From the human T2T-CHM13v2.0 reference genome, Homo sapiens: 64,000 bases of DNA. This document shows, in pieces, positions 63,096-64,000 of this stretch (position 1 is the first letter of the stretch; each line of letters starts with the position of its first letter). The notes beneath the pieces are model-generated. The model saw only the letters and a program-made list of their open reading frames with translations, ran no database searches and had not been told where the DNA came from. The stretch is from the NCBI RefSeq assembly GCF_009914755.1, contig NC_060933.1; one strand, 5' to 3'. Made by a program: the position numbers and the translations under genes.

Positions 63096-63416
63096 GCAGT
63101 CATCCTTATTAAGTGTTATCTTTTTGTCCTCTGAGATTTCTAGAGCTATTAGTCTGTCTAAATTGAGGCCAATTAAAGAATTGCAAAAGTGTTTCTAGAG
63201 TCTTTGTTGGTGGCCAGGGCAGTTAGTCTGGGACACGAGGGAGGCAGGAGCCATCTAGGGCAGAGGGATTGTCTGCACTAGGACAGCTCTGTTAAAAAGG
63301 AGGACTTTTTTGTTTATGGGAAGATTTCCATAAAGATGATCTTCTGAGTGAAGGCTGGGCTTTAAGACGAAATGAGAGACAGTGTTGGTGGAAGAAGAGA
63401 ACTTAAGGCCAGAAGT

Positions 63417-64000
63417 TGTGTGTGTGTGTGTGTGTGTGTATAATTATGCCTGAATATGTTTTATTTATTATAGTCTATGTGTGATTTTGTATTTGAAAGT
63501 AGATGCTTGATTCTACCACAATTAAAAAAAGGATATGCTTGGATTTGTCTGTAGTATGTGGGTGTGGAGGAGTTCATTTGAACAAGGGCATTTTTGTGTG
63601 TCCAGGACGTATCAACAGCCTCCTTAGAGGTGTCATATGTGCAGGGAATACTGAAGAGAGTGCATTAGTCTACATGTCTCTCTATATATTTTTTCTTTTT
63701 GTGTGTGTCTGGTTTTCCTAGATTTCTCTCTTGCATGTTTGTGGGTATGAGAGTCTGTTAGTATTAATATGTGAATGGGTGTGTGCTATTTGTCTGGGGA
63801 GGATGATTTAGGCAAGGATTTGAAAGTGTGCATTTAGAAATTGAGGGCATCTCTGTGTTATTATGAGTGTATGTGTGTTTGTGTGTGCATTTTAGAGTGG
63901 TTGGTTATCTGTGTGTATTTGCAAGGAGAAGGGGAATTCAGTGTGTTTCTGTGTTTGTGTGTTTGTTTGTGAATGGTATGTTTTGCAGAGGAGTGTACTT
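63417..64000. repeat. (TG)n microsatellite followed by a degenerate TG-rich low-complexity region
   Basis: Perfect TG run at 63417-63439; scattered gtgtgt motifs to the end of the window. Confidence 0.7.

Overview
This window is the human (primate) TLR4 locus. I recognise it from the translated protein; from memory it lies at chr9q33.1. It contains about 8 kb upstream, the complete TLR4 gene on the + strand, and about 35-45 kb of downstream gene-poor, repeat-rich DNA. The coding exons are 8356-8448, 12445-12611 and 16275-18534: 2520 nt, 839 aa, all GT-AG introns. A 120-nt stop-containing cassette exon lies at 12081-12200. The promoter is a TATA-less PU.1/IRF myeloid type, and the 3'UTR is long with several polyA signals. 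The rest is L1, L2, MIR, Alu, MaLR LTRs, hAT/Tigger DNA transposons, microsatellites and one orphan CpG island (~48.8-49.25 kb). No second protein-coding gene, CRISPR array, tRNA or rRNA is supported, and the many short ORFs in the track are repeat-derived or chance. I found no clearly new biological system. The best leads are: (1) a 4-codon uORF whose stop overlaps both TLR4 start codons; (2) a U6/L1 chimeric retrocopy with TSD, antisense in intron 1, next to a MIR-derived poison exon; (3) a MER44A copy supplying an ISRE and polyA signals in the 3'UTR; (4) a ~340-bp L1PB that keeps both termini but lacks its interior; (5) the orphan CpG island. Repeat subfamily names, SNP identities and isoform usage come from memory and need RepeatMasker/dbSNP/GENCODE confirmation.
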